In this document: one piece after another, positions 37,532 to 47,977 of the stretch
Numbering within the stretch: position 1 is the stretch's first letter
How the letters are laid out: the number at the start of each line of letters is the position of its first letter
NCBI GenBank assembly: GCA_016937995.1
Contig: JAFGVM010000006.1
Span: 1 to 55,010, forward strand
DNA from: Candidatus Delongbacteria bacterium
GTDB taxonomy: Bacteria > UBA4055
Direction of reading: 5' to 3'
Length of the DNA stretch: 55,010 nucleotides
Program-made: the position numbers and the translations under genes
The notes under the pieces: generated by a model
Database searches by the model: none
What the model was told of the DNA's origin: nothing
Seen by the model: only the letters and a program-made list of their open reading frames with translations

Positions 37532-38770
37532 ATGAAGTCATTTCTTCAAATGTATAAATACATATTTAGATCTACACCAAAAGTAACAATTAGTTTCTTA
37601 ATTATGATCGTTTCAACAACTATTTACAAAATATTCTTTTTAAAACATGGTGGTTTATATTCTTTAGAAAGCATCACTATAGCTAATATTATATTCAGAA
37701 TCGTTTTTACATTATTTATCATAGGTTCTTATGGTATGTTTTTTGGGTTGATGAGAGGTGTGATAACTACTTCTAACTTCCTGCTCATACCAAAAATAAG
37801 AAAAAAAGCATTATCCTTCACTTTTGTAAATCTTCTTGGAATTTATACTTGTGGAATCTTAATTTCAAGTTTCGATGATCCCAGAAGTGTACTGTTTTTT
37901 ACAATGCTAAATCTATGGTTTTTATCTTTTTGTATGTCTCTATATTTTATTGATATTACCTCTGTGTATAGATCCAATAAATATTTGATATTAAAAATTT
38001 TCTTTTTTCTTTTTAGCATTGCTGGTCCATTAGTAGTTGTAAAAGATCCATTTAAAAGACCTGTACTTTTTATTACAATCGTTTCAATATTTTTAATTGT
38101 TGTATTTTATCAGATCATTAATTTCTTAAATCATTATATCAGATTGGACTTAAATGATGACAAAACAAAGCATAAATTAGCCAAAAATTTAGATTCTTTT
38201 AATGATTTTATAGCGGATTTAACTACAGGAAGTTATACTTCTACTGTTCATCAGATAAAACACATCAAATTAGAAAAACGTTATTTCAAATTATTTAATA
38301 TCACACTAATGGGACCAATAGGTATCTACCCATGGCTTGCGATCGGTGCTTTATCTTCTACTGCTTATATTCATTTTATTAGAGAATGGTCTCTGAATAC
38401 ATTTCTCTAATCAATTATTATTTATTTTGGAATAATGTGTATTATAAATACACCCAGATATTTTAAACAGAAGGATAAGGTCAGGTTTTTATTTCTTGCT
38501 TCAGGATTAAAAAGATCGATATTTGAATCTCAGATCCTCAAGGTTGTAACTTTTAGGTATTTATCAAGATTTGTTAAAACCATACCTACTGCAATATTGA
38601 TCATTTTAGGCAATAATTTAATATTTGATCCTGTAAATATCTTTCCATTGATCTTCTTGGGAGTAACAATACCTACAATAAATCTAGTTGTTATTTATTT
38701 ATCTTGGAAATCGATTATAAAAAACAAAGATTATGATACGATCAAAAGAGCAAAAGTAATGCAGACCTAA
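37532..38770 (+). pseudogene. ABC permease-like membrane protein split by an in-frame TAA
   Basis: ORFs 37532-38410 and 38435-38770 are in the same frame. After TAA 38408-38410 the frame continues SIIIYFGIMC, completing a hydrophobic helix. Confidence 0.65.
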
Positions 38771-40023
38771 CTCTCCTTATTCACAAGAGGAAGTAAAAAG
38801 AATAACGGGATCGAACCAACTGCATAAACGCCGGCGGTTACAAGGAAGCAGAGCCTGAAATTATTTTCACCGATCAAAAATCCGCCGATCATAGCTGAAG
38901 CGTTCCAGAAAAGCCCCCATGATATCACACTTGCTGAATTCCATTTACCTCTGTGCTTTTTGGGTACTGCATCCATAAGAATCGAACGACTCAGAGGTTG
39001 AACAGAATTCATCAAAGCTCCTCTGACAATATAAAGAACTATAAGAACCCAGAACGTAGGATATAAGGCTAAAATGAACAGAATAACTGTTGCAATAATT
39101 TTTGAACCCAGCATGATCTCTACTCGTCCCTTTTTCAGTGAATACTTCTGAGCTAAAACTGCAAATGTACCTGTGAAAATGAATGTTGCACCCATTATTA
39201 GCTGAACAGTTATAGGCTTCATGTCATAGATAGCCCTGAAAAAGACCGGAAAGAACTTAACGGTCATTCCTGCACCCATACCGATCACAAGATTTGAAGA
39301 AGTTAATAACAGAGGTATCCACTTCCTTCTTCTTAATATTTTATCAGATACATCTTCCTTACTCTCTTCAAAATGAGTTATCGATTCACTTTCATCACCA
39401 AGAGATCTTGCATCCTTAAAAAAGAATAAGAGAAGTGCTGACACCAAAGAAAATACAATTCCAACGAGCATAACAGAACGGAGAATGGAAATATCCCATT
39501 TATCTCCGAGATAAAGGAAAAGAACTATATTTAAAAATGGACCGAAAGCCATTCCTCCCTGCCTGACAAGATGCATTCTTGCATAAACTTTAGATCTTTT
39601 CCCTGTGACAAGAGAATCTGCTAAAATTGACTGAAATGCCGGTCTGTTGAGTCCCTGAAATGCTCCCCAGAGGAACAGAGCAACAAGTATACCGGCCATA
39701 CTGCTTGAAAAAGCCATTGTGATCATTGCAGCTATACCGAAAAATGCTGCAGTTTTAAGCAGTTTGTCCCTGCCGAATTTATCAGCAAGAGCACCCGAAG
39801 GAAAAACAAGAGCCGTCATGGAAATCCCTGTTATTCCGGAAGCTACACCAAGCAACTCATTTGGAGTAAGTCCGAAAAGACCATTCGATCTCTCTGCAAA
39901 GACAACGATATAAAGACTGAGAATATTACCCATCCAGATACCGCGACCGAAAGACTGTAATGCTGTGTACAAATATGAAAGTTTTACATTATCTGTAATA
40001 ATATTTCTAAAATGTTTTTTCAA
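38767..40023 (-). CDS. MFS transporter (tandem paralog B)
   Basis: About 12 hydrophobic segments; motif A GALADKFGR. Confidence 0.9.
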   Translation of the reverse strand: MKKHFRNIITDNVKLSYLYTALQSFGRGIWMGNILSLYIVVFAERSNGLFGLTPNELLGVASGITGISMTALVFPSGALADKFGRDKLLKTAAFFGIAAMITMAFSSSMAGILVALFLWGAFQGLNRPAFQSILADSLVTGKRSKVYARMHLVRQGGMAFGPFLNIVLFLYLGDKWDISILRSVMLVGIVFSLVSALLLFFFKDARSLGDESESITHFEESKEDVSDKILRRRKWIPLLLTSSNLVIGMGAGMTVKFFPVFFRAIYDMKPITVQLIMGATFIFTGTFAVLAQKYSLKKGRVEIMLGSKIIATVILFILALYPTFWVLIVLYIVRGALMNSVQPLSRSILMDAVPKKHRGKWNSASVISWGLFWNASAMIGGFLIGENNFRLCFLVTAGVYAVGSIPLFFLLPLVNKES

Positions 40024-40026
40024 AAT

Positions 40027-41283
40027 TTAAATCTCTTTATTCACCAGAGGTATAAGCAGTATTACCGGTAATGCACCTACAGTGTAAACAATTGCTGTTA
40101 CAATAAAACATAGCTGAAAATTATTATCCCCGATGAGAAATCCTCCTAGAACAGCCGATGCATTCCAGAATAGCCCCCAGGAGATAGTTTCAGCCGAATT
40201 CCACTTGCCTCTATTCTTCTTTGGAACTGCATCCATAAGAATTGATCTACTTAAAGGTTGAGCGGCATTCATTAACGAACCCCTCAGAACAAAAAGCGGC
40301 AACAATATTATCAGTGGCGGATAGAAAGCAATTACGACAAGACATATGATTGCTAAAACTTTAAAAGCTAGCATTATCTCAACTCGGCCTTTGGACATAG
40401 AAAATCTTTGAGCTATAATTCCAAACACACCTGTAACTATAAAAGTTACGGCCATCACATATTGAACTGAGATGGGTTTCATATCATATATCGCTCTGAA
40501 GAACACCGGAAAGAATTTAACCGTCATTCCTGCCCCCATACCGATTATAAGGTTAGACGACACGAGTAATATCGGGATCTTCTTTCTTCTCTCTGAAAGC
40601 TTAGTATCTACATCATCGCTTTCCGGGATTTCTACAACAGATTCACTTTCCTCACCGAGAGATCTGTCATCTTTAAAAAAGAAGAGAAGTACGGCTGACA
40701 GCAGAGAAAATACAACACCGACAAGCATTACAGATCTTAATATATCTATATCCCACTCATCTCCGAGATAAATGAATAAAGCAACATTCATTAGCGGACC
40801 GATTGACATTGCTCCTTGATCCAACAAGTGTAAATTAGCATAAGTTCGTGACCTCTTACCGGATGGTAATGAATCTGCAAAAATAGATTCAAATGCAGGT
40901 CTGCTAAGACCCTGAAAAGCACCCCAGAGGAACATTGCAATGAATATTAATATAATACTATTTGAAAATGCAAGAGATACCATAGCAATGATACCCACAA
41001 ATGCAGAAATTTTAAGCATAATGTCCCTGCCAAATTTATCTGCCATAGCTCCTGATGGAAATACCAACGCGGTCATCGCAATACCGGTGATTCCTGAAGT
41101 TACTCCAAGTAACTCGTTGGAAGTCAGACCGAAAATACCGTTAGCTTTTTCAGAGAAAAGAACTATATAAAGACTGAGAATATTCCCCATCCAGACACCA
41201 CGTCCAAATGACTGTACTCCAGTGAATAAGAATGCAAGTTTTACATTGTTCGTAACTATACTTTTTAATTTCTTTTTCATCAA
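40027..41283 (-). CDS. MFS transporter (tandem paralog A)
   Basis: Motif A GAMADKFGR; colinear with and highly similar to the adjacent gene; both 418 aa. Confidence 0.9.
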   Translation of the reverse strand: MMKKKLKSIVTNNVKLAFLFTGVQSFGRGVWMGNILSLYIVLFSEKANGIFGLTSNELLGVTSGITGIAMTALVFPSGAMADKFGRDIMLKISAFVGIIAMVSLAFSNSIILIFIAMFLWGAFQGLSRPAFESIFADSLPSGKRSRTYANLHLLDQGAMSIGPLMNVALFIYLGDEWDIDILRSVMLVGVVFSLLSAVLLFFFKDDRSLGEESESVVEIPESDDVDTKLSERRKKIPILLVSSNLIIGMGAGMTVKFFPVFFRAIYDMKPISVQYVMAVTFIVTGVFGIIAQRFSMSKGRVEIMLAFKVLAIICLVVIAFYPPLIILLPLFVLRGSLMNAAQPLSRSILMDAVPKKNRGKWNSAETISWGLFWNASAVLGGFLIGDNNFQLCFIVTAIVYTVGALPVILLIPLVNKEI

Positions 41284-41374
41284 ACACTCTTTGTTTAAAA
41301 AAAACTAATGTAAGATAAAAAGTGAGAAATCGCTAAGATTATATATAGATATGATCACCCGTTCTCACCATATT

Positions 41375-41398
41375 AAAAAAAGGGAACAAGTCCCTTTT
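41375..41398 (-). terminator. Intrinsic terminator downstream of gyrB
   Basis: Minus strand aaaaggga-cttgt-tcccttttttt. Confidence 0.55.
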
Positions 41399-41435
41399 CT
41401 ATATCAAATTTTAAATTTTAGAATACAGATTTACG

Positions 41436-41563
41436 ACTAACTTCTGACTTCTAACTTCTAACTTTATAAGCAAGTAGTTCAAGGAGTAATTTTTATTTTG
41501 AAAAGGAGCCTAGGCTTACCAGGTGACTTGAACAAAATAAAATTACGACACAGAAATACGAAG
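41436..41563. repeat. Heptamer repeat plus an approximately 100-bp structured MITE-like element
   Basis: actaact tctgact tctaact tctaact; inverted repeat gtaatttttattttg / caaaataaaattac; end cgacacagaaatacgaag shared 17/18 with 33721-33738. Confidence 0.55.
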
Positions 41564-41564
41564 C

Positions 41565-43571
41565 TTACGCATCTATGTTTTCTGCGAATTTACACTTTTC
41601 AATGATAAACTCTTTACGAGGCGGAACATCATCACCCATCAGCATGGTAAATATCCTGTCTGCCTCTACAGCATCCTCTATGCTGATCCTCTTTATCCTT
41701 CTTTGACTTGGATCCAGTGTTGTATCTTTTAACTGATCCGGATTCATCTCTCCCAGACCTTTATATCTCTGGATCTCAACTTTTTTTCCATCTTCTCCGG
41801 CAAGATGAGCAATAGCTTCTTCTTTTTTCTGTTCAGCATCTGCCCCAGGTGAAATATATATAAAATTCTTACCTCTTGAAACCTTATATAGAGGTGGCAT
41901 CGCTAAGAAAACATGTCCTCTTCTGATCAATTCTGGCATATATCTAAAGAAAAACGTTAACAATAAAGTACTAATATGTGCACCATCAACATCGGCATCC
42001 GTCATAATAATGATCTTACCGTATCTTAGTTTTTCTATTTTGAAGCCTTCATTGTCATTTCCGTTATCTTCACCAATTCCATCAATATCACTTTCACCAA
42101 TTCCGGCACCGATAGCATTTATAAGACTTTTAACCTCTTCATTACCAAGCATTTTATCCAGTCGAGCTTTTTCAACATTAAGTATCTTACCTCTTAGCGG
42201 CAATATGGCCTGATATTTAATATCTCTACCATCCACAGCTGAACCACCTGCAGAGTCACCCTCAACAATGAACAGCTCACATTCCATAGCATCAGTACCT
42301 TTTGAACAATCATAAAGTTTTGCCGGCATGGACCCGCCGTCAAATGCCGATTTTCTTCTGATCATATCTTTTGCTTTTCTTGCAGCTTCTCTTGCTCTTA
42401 AAGCTTCTGTACATTTATCTACCACTTCTCTTGCAACTTTTGGATTTTCATCAAAATATTCAAGTAATTTTTCATATAGAACTGACTGTACAATACCTGT
42501 AACCTCTCCGTTTCCAAGTTTCGTTTTTGTCTGACCTTCGAACTGAGGCTCCATAACTTTTATTGAGATAACAGCTGTTAAACCTTCTCTTACGTCTGAA
42601 CCACTCAGTTTCATTTTGTCATTTTTAAATATTTTTTTATCCAGAGCATATTTATTAATAACCCTTGTCAAAGCTGATTTAAATCCCTCTTCATGTGTAC
42701 CACCCTCGATGGTGTGAATGTTGTTCACGTAGGATTCAATATTCTCTCTATAGGTATCATTCCAGGAAAGAGCTATCTCGATAGGATAACCATCTCTTTC
42801 TCTGTCAATGTATATTGGTTCACAAATGCTTTTTTTATTTTCATCAATATATTTAACAAATTCAACAAGACCGCCTTCATACTGGAATTCAAGATAAGGA
42901 TGATCGCCATTTTCCTTTCTCTTTTCCTCTCTAAGATCTTTAAGAGTAATTAAAATCCCTTTATTCAAAAATGCCAAAACTCTTAGCCTGTGAGAAATAA
43001 TATCGAATTGATATAAAGTGTTCTCAAATATTTCTGGATCAGGAAAATATGTCTGCTTTGTACCTTTTTTATCTGATTTTCCAATTATCTCCAGAGGTTT
43101 TTTTACAATACCTCTTTCAAATTCTATTGAATAATGATTCCCGTTTTTAAAAACTTCCGTTATCATTTTTACAGATAAAGCGTTCACACAGGAAACACCT
43201 ACTCCGTGCAGACCACCTGAAACTTTATAATTTTCCTTATCGAACTTACCACCCGCATGAAGCTGGGTCATTACAACTTCAACAGCAGGTTTATTTTCCT
43301 CAGTATGCATATCTACCGGAATACCCCTGCCGTTATCAATAACAGAAATTCCACCCTCCGGTGTTATCTCGACATCAATTTTTGAACAATGTCCACCCAA
43401 GGCTTCATCGATAGAATTATCCACAACTTCATTTACAAGGTGATGAAGTCCCCTGGTCCCAACATCCCCAATATACATCGCAGGTCTCATTCTAACAGCT
43501 TCCAAACCTTTTAACACTGTTATTGTATCTGCTGAATAGCTTTCTTTGTCAAATTTTTCTTCGTTACTCAT
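41565..43571 (-). CDS. gyrB: DNA gyrase subunit B
   Basis: GLEAVRMRPAMYIG, EVVDNSIDE, SGGLHGVGVS, EGDSAGG, PLRGKILN, DADVDG, RYKGLGEM. ATG 43571 preferred because the longer ORF start lies at the edge of a repeat. Confidence 0.95.
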   Translation of the reverse strand: MSNEEKFDKESYSADTITVLKGLEAVRMRPAMYIGDVGTRGLHHLVNEVVDNSIDEALGGHCSKIDVEITPEGGISVIDNGRGIPVDMHTEENKPAVEVVMTQLHAGGKFDKENYKVSGGLHGVGVSCVNALSVKMITEVFKNGNHYSIEFERGIVKKPLEIIGKSDKKGTKQTYFPDPEIFENTLYQFDIISHRLRVLAFLNKGILITLKDLREEKRKENGDHPYLEFQYEGGLVEFVKYIDENKKSICEPIYIDRERDGYPIEIALSWNDTYRENIESYVNNIHTIEGGTHEEGFKSALTRVINKYALDKKIFKNDKMKLSGSDVREGLTAVISIKVMEPQFEGQTKTKLGNGEVTGIVQSVLYEKLLEYFDENPKVAREVVDKCTEALRAREAARKAKDMIRRKSAFDGGSMPAKLYDCSKGTDAMECELFIVEGDSAGGSAVDGRDIKYQAILPLRGKILNVEKARLDKMLGNEEVKSLINAIGAGIGESDIDGIGEDNGNDNEGFKIEKLRYGKIIIMTDADVDGAHISTLLLTFFFRYMPELIRRGHVFLAMPPLYKVSRGKNFIYISPGADAEQKKEEAIAHLAGEDGKKVEIQRYKGLGEMNPDQLKDTTLDPSQRRIKRISIEDAVEADRIFTMLMGDDVPPRKEFIIEKCKFAENIDA

Positions 43572-43617
43572 TTGAAAACCCCGTTTATTTGCAATTTTAT
43601 AATTTCCCTTTTTACCT

Positions 43618-43653
43618 GTCATGCTGATCCCGATTTATCGTGATCAGGGTGAC
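43618..43653. repeat. REP-like hairpin with a nested CCGAT palindrome
   Basis: gtcatgctgatc-ccgatttatcgt-gatcagggtgac, directly after the dciA stop. Confidence 0.6.
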
Positions 43654-43655
43654 GA

Positions 43656-43976
43656 TCAATAGAATAAAATTTTACTTATTTTATGATATCCCAGTTTTGC
43701 ATTGTACTTATTTTTTATTTCATCCTCAATATGGTAGAACTCATTTCTCCAGATCGAACTGTTTACTTTTATCATCAATACTGATGACTCAAATTTTATT
43801 ACTCTGCTTATTTTCGCCAGTTTTTTTCCAACCACCTTAGGCCACAAGCTCAATAATTCTGTTATTTCCCCCAATTTTTTATATTCCGGATTATCTTTAA
43901 CAAAACTATCCAGTATTTTGTCAAGCTGTGGAATTCTTCTGGGTGAATTATATATTTTTGCTCGTCTTGTCTTCAT
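43656..43976 (-). CDS. dciA: DUF721/DciA family helicase-loading accessory protein
   Basis: WPKVVG..LA...LMIKVNSSIWRNE motif; position between recF and gyrB. Confidence 0.8.
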   Translation of the reverse strand: MKTRRAKIYNSPRRIPQLDKILDSFVKDNPEYKKLGEITELLSLWPKVVGKKLAKISRVIKFESSVLMIKVNSSIWRNEFYHIEDEIKNKYNAKLGYHKISKILFY

Positions 43977-43981
43977 AATCG

Positions 43982-45082
43982 CTATACTAAGTTTACAGCC
44001 CCGTTTATCACATTAAATATTTTTGTATTATTCTGATCGAACTGTTTAATAATTCCACTATTGCTGGTGGTAATGAATGTTTGAATATCCTCATCAAGTA
44101 TCTTAGCTATTTTTGCGCTCTTTTTCTCATCGATCTCACTATAAAGATCGTCCAGCAAAAATACAGGATATTCATCAGTAATGGATTTTATATACTTTAT
44201 CTCAGACAGTTTCAATGCCACAAGGAAAAGTTTATGCTGACCTTTTGATCCGTATTTTCTCAGATCATTTCCGTTTATATCAAATATCAGATCGTCTTTA
44301 TGCGGACCTATGATCGATAATCCCCTATAGACTTCTGTTCTTTTATTCACAGATAATTTTTCTCTAAGGTCTGATGAATAACTTTTTTGGTCCATTTCTG
44401 AAGAGTAAGATATGCTTCCGCCGAAAAGTCCGTCTGAAATAAATATTAATATATCTTTGAAGAATTTTTCAAAACCTTTCAAAAATTCTACTCTCTTTTC
44501 AAACAATTTACTTCCATATAAAACTATCTGATCGTTATAAACATCTATCATTTCAGTTTGAAAGCTGTTTTCCTTTTTAAGATCGAACAGGATTTTATTC
44601 TTCTGTTTAATGATCTTTGAGTAATTCTTTAGCAATGAAAAATATTCCCTGTCTATCATCGATAACAGTTTATCAACGAACTTTCTTCTTTCGAGAGGCG
44701 GTCCAGTTGTAATAACACTTTCATCCGGTATAAGGTAGACAATTGGTATATTGCCCCAAAAATCAGAGAATTTTAAGATCTTTTTATCCTGAAAAGTCAC
44801 TTTTTTCTTCTTGTCGCTATAACTTATTTTGATACTTAACCTATTGTCGTTCTTATCTGTGAATTCACCTGAAATAAAGAAATATTCTTCTCCAAACTTC
44901 TTCATCTCATCATAATTATTCGTTCTAAAGCTGTTTAACAAACCCAGAACACTGATCGCTTCAATTAAATTTGTTTTTCCCTGTCCGTTCAAACCTGTAA
45001 AACAAACAACATCTTTATCGAAAGTAATATCTAGATCATTGTAATTTCTAAAATTATCCAATATTAACTTATTTAATTTCAT
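43982..45082 (-). CDS. recF: DNA replication and repair protein RecF
   Basis: NFRNY, GLNGQGKTN, GPHKDDL, GSKGQ, LLDDLYSEID. Confidence 0.95.
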   Translation of the reverse strand: MKLNKLILDNFRNYNDLDITFDKDVVCFTGLNGQGKTNLIEAISVLGLLNSFRTNNYDEMKKFGEEYFFISGEFTDKNDNRLSIKISYSDKKKKVTFQDKKILKFSDFWGNIPIVYLIPDESVITTGPPLERRKFVDKLLSMIDREYFSLLKNYSKIIKQKNKILFDLKKENSFQTEMIDVYNDQIVLYGSKLFEKRVEFLKGFEKFFKDILIFISDGLFGGSISYSSEMDQKSYSSDLREKLSVNKRTEVYRGLSIIGPHKDDLIFDINGNDLRKYGSKGQHKLFLVALKLSEIKYIKSITDEYPVFLLDDLYSEIDEKKSAKIAKILDEDIQTFITTSNSGIIKQFDQNNTKIFNVINGAVNLV

Positions 45083-45085
45083 CAG

Positions 45086-46201
45086 CTAGTTATCAACTGA
45101 AGCAGGCATTAATAACATTAAAACTTCAAAATTATCTGTACTTTCGAAAGGTTTAATGATTACCGGCTTTTTACCTGTACTTATACTAAGTTCTATCACT
45201 TCTGTATCAATGTTTTTTAACAATTCAATGATCTTTGTTGAGTTGAAACCGATAAAAATATCATCACCATCATAATCAACGCTCATATTTTCTTCTGCTT
45301 TTGATGATGAATTACTATCCTCTGTATTGATCAGAAGATTATCTTTGCTTAAATTGAATTTTATCAGTTTAGTAACAGGATTACATGCCAGAGAAACTCT
45401 TGATAATGCTGAAATTACTGATAATTTATCCATTTTTACTTTCAGGTTATTATTCACAGGTATAATTGCCTGATAAGCAGGATATTTACCATTTATCAAT
45501 CTTGTAAATATCACAATATTATTGATCCTGAACTCTACATAATTCTCTTCAAAATAAATGTAACATTCCTCGTTCTGATCAATTGCATTTGCCACGATAT
45601 TTAAAGATTTCGCCGGCAGGATTATATCCGCTTCTCCACCTTCATACTTAATATCCTTATCCTCAAGTTTTACAAGTCTTACACTGTCAGTTGCAACCAT
45701 TGTCAATTCATTTGACTTTATCGAGAATAATACTCCAGTCAATACAGCTCTTAACTGATCAGGTGATACAGTAAAGACCGTTTTATTGATGTATTTTTTG
45801 AGTTTTAATGAGTCTATTGCCAGATGATTACCTGATAAGCTCTTTGGAGTTGAAGGAAAATCATTATAATCTTCAGTGATTACAACTTCGAATTTAATGT
45901 TGTTTGAAATTATCTTAACAACACTTCCTTCCTTTTTAATTGTAATGTTCGAGTCCGGTAAACTCTTTATTATACTTATGAATTTCTTACCATGAACTAC
46001 AACAACACCATCTTCAGCACCGTTAACTTCTAAATTATTGACCAGAGTAACAGAAAGGTCTGTTGCAGTGATCGTTAAATTGTTCTCTTTCAGATCTAGT
46101 ATTATACATTCCGTTATAGGTTTTGTACTGTGTAACGGTAAAATAGGACTGATCAATGATAATTGTCCCATGAGGTTTGATTTTAGAACGGAAAAGATCA
46201 T
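45086..46201 (-). CDS. dnaN: DNA polymerase III beta sliding clamp
   Basis: ATDL, RAVLTGV, VATDSVRL, RLINGKYPAY, IGFN, LLMP. Confidence 0.95.
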   Translation of the reverse strand: MIFSVLKSNLMGQLSLISPILPLHSTKPITECIILDLKENNLTITATDLSVTLVNNLEVNGAEDGVVVVHGKKFISIIKSLPDSNITIKKEGSVVKIISNNIKFEVVITEDYNDFPSTPKSLSGNHLAIDSLKLKKYINKTVFTVSPDQLRAVLTGVLFSIKSNELTMVATDSVRLVKLEDKDIKYEGGEADIILPAKSLNIVANAIDQNEECYIYFEENYVEFRINNIVIFTRLINGKYPAYQAIIPVNNNLKVKMDKLSVISALSRVSLACNPVTKLIKFNLSKDNLLINTEDSNSSSKAEENMSVDYDGDDIFIGFNSTKIIELLKNIDTEVIELSISTGKKPVIIKPFESTDNFEVLMLLMPASVDN

Positions 46202-46416
46202 TTTTTATCTCCTTTGTTTTTAATAAGAAACCTTAATTAATTTAAAACCTTATTGTTATTAGGGGTGTTCATTTGTGAACAAATCTCCAAGTGTGATAAT
46301 ATACATGATATGTTGAATACGGATCTTTGAATTGTCATGGACTAACCTATGTGATGATTGTTTATAACTATTGTTTATATTCATTGTTCGCAACCGCTGT
46401 GTTAATATGTGGACAA
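46202..46416. other. oriC: Probable replication origin oriC
   Basis: dnaA-dnaN intergenic region. DnaA-box variants tgtgaacaa (46274), tgtttataa (46359), ttgttcgca (46384), tgtggacaa (46408); CCCC plus trio-like repeats and an AT-rich tract toward dnaN. Confidence 0.78.
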
Positions 46417-47790
46417 GTTTATTACATTAAGGATATCATTGATAATATTCGTCATATCAGGATCTTGAGCATTTAATTTTTGCTGTATTTTTTTAGTGGC
46501 ATGAGAAACAGTACTATGTTCTCTATTTCCGAAATGCGCACCTATACTTGTTGTTGTCGATTTTAGTTGAGTTGTACAGAAATACATTGCAACAGCTCTT
46601 GCCTGGGCAACTTCCTGTGTCCTGGTCTTTTTCATTAACAGGTCTTTCGGGATATTAAAATATTCTGAAACAATATCCTGGATCTTGTCTATATTAAGAG
46701 TGGATTTTTTGGATACCATCAACTCTTTTAACAGTTCTTTGGCTTTTGTGACAGTGATCTCCTTGTTGAAATTGGAGTAATAAAAGTATAATTTTACTAT
46801 AGCCCCCTCCAGATCACGAACATTTGTATTTATATTATTTGCAATGAACATTATAACATCATTACTTAACTTAAAATCCTTTTCCTCGGCCTTCAGACGG
46901 ATAATTGCAGCACGAGTTTCAAGGTCAGGAGGTCTTACATCTGTGATCAATCCCATTTTAAATCTTGATTTCAATCTCTCATCCAGTTGGTGAATATCAT
47001 TCGGGTGATAATCGGATGTCAGTACGATCTGACCGTCATTGTTGTATATGTAATTAAAAATATGGAACAGCTCTTCCATACTTTTTTCTTTCTTTGCAAA
47101 GAACTGGATATCGTCAATAATGATCAGGTCTTTTGTGATGAGATATTCTTTATACTCATCGATCTTGCCGTTCTTAATATTATTTACGATCTGTTTTACA
47201 AAAATATCTGAGGTTAGGTAAAGGATATTTTCAGCAGTATTATTCTCAAATACATAATTTCCTATTGCTGATACCAGATGTGTTTTACCTAAACCTACTC
47301 CACCAAATATCAATAATGGATTGTATGGAGAATTTTTTACACTTTGTGCAACATTCATAGCGGAAACAACAGCTGTTTCATTGCCGTTTCCCTGAATAAA
47401 ATTATCAAAAGTGTATTTAGGGTTCAGAGAAGTTTCTTTGTATTCGGATATATTGTTTCTTTTTTTCCCTTTGCCTTTCAGCTTCGGGATCTTTTCAGAT
47501 ATCTCATCGGTATCAGAAAAGGAAAAATCTGTATCAGCATCAATTAAAAATTTTATGGTAATATCATTGGTGCCTAGAACATCTTTCAAACTTTCGTCAA
47601 GTGCGTTTTTATACTGACCTTTTATATAGTCGATATGAACTTTAGATGGTACCTGAAAAGTTATTTTATCATCATCGATCTGAACTATCTTTAATGGTTT
47701 TATCCAGGTGTTAAAGGAATTCTGATTTAAAAACTCTTTAATTTTTTCTTTAAATCCTTCCTCTACCTTAAGCGCTTTTTTATCTACCAT
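46402..47790 (-). CDS. dnaA: Chromosomal replication initiator DnaA
   Basis: LNPKYTFDNF, YNPL..GGVGLGKTHL, IDDIQF, RLKSRF, NVRDLEGA, REHSTVSHA. Confidence 0.97.
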   Translation of the reverse strand: MVDKKALKVEEGFKEKIKEFLNQNSFNTWIKPLKIVQIDDDKITFQVPSKVHIDYIKGQYKNALDESLKDVLGTNDITIKFLIDADTDFSFSDTDEISEKIPKLKGKGKKRNNISEYKETSLNPKYTFDNFIQGNGNETAVVSAMNVAQSVKNSPYNPLLIFGGVGLGKTHLVSAIGNYVFENNTAENILYLTSDIFVKQIVNNIKNGKIDEYKEYLITKDLIIIDDIQFFAKKEKSMEELFHIFNYIYNNDGQIVLTSDYHPNDIHQLDERLKSRFKMGLITDVRPPDLETRAAIIRLKAEEKDFKLSNDVIMFIANNINTNVRDLEGAIVKLYFYYSNFNKEITVTKAKELLKELMVSKKSTLNIDKIQDIVSEYFNIPKDLLMKKTRTQEVAQARAVAMYFCTTQLKSTTTSIGAHFGNREHSTVSHATKKIQQKLNAQDPDMTNIINDILNVINLSTY

Positions 47791-47977
47791 AAATTAATTT
47801 TTCCAAATGAAATTTATTATGACCGGGTACATTAATTACTTAACTAAATCTTCTTGTTTATGCCTTAATTATTAACTTAGAGTAATATATAATATTAATT
47901 AAATCTTGCAACGATAAAATTATAAAAATAAAGGCAAAAAAAAGTGTCTTAAAAAACTTATTCAAACCGATTTAATG

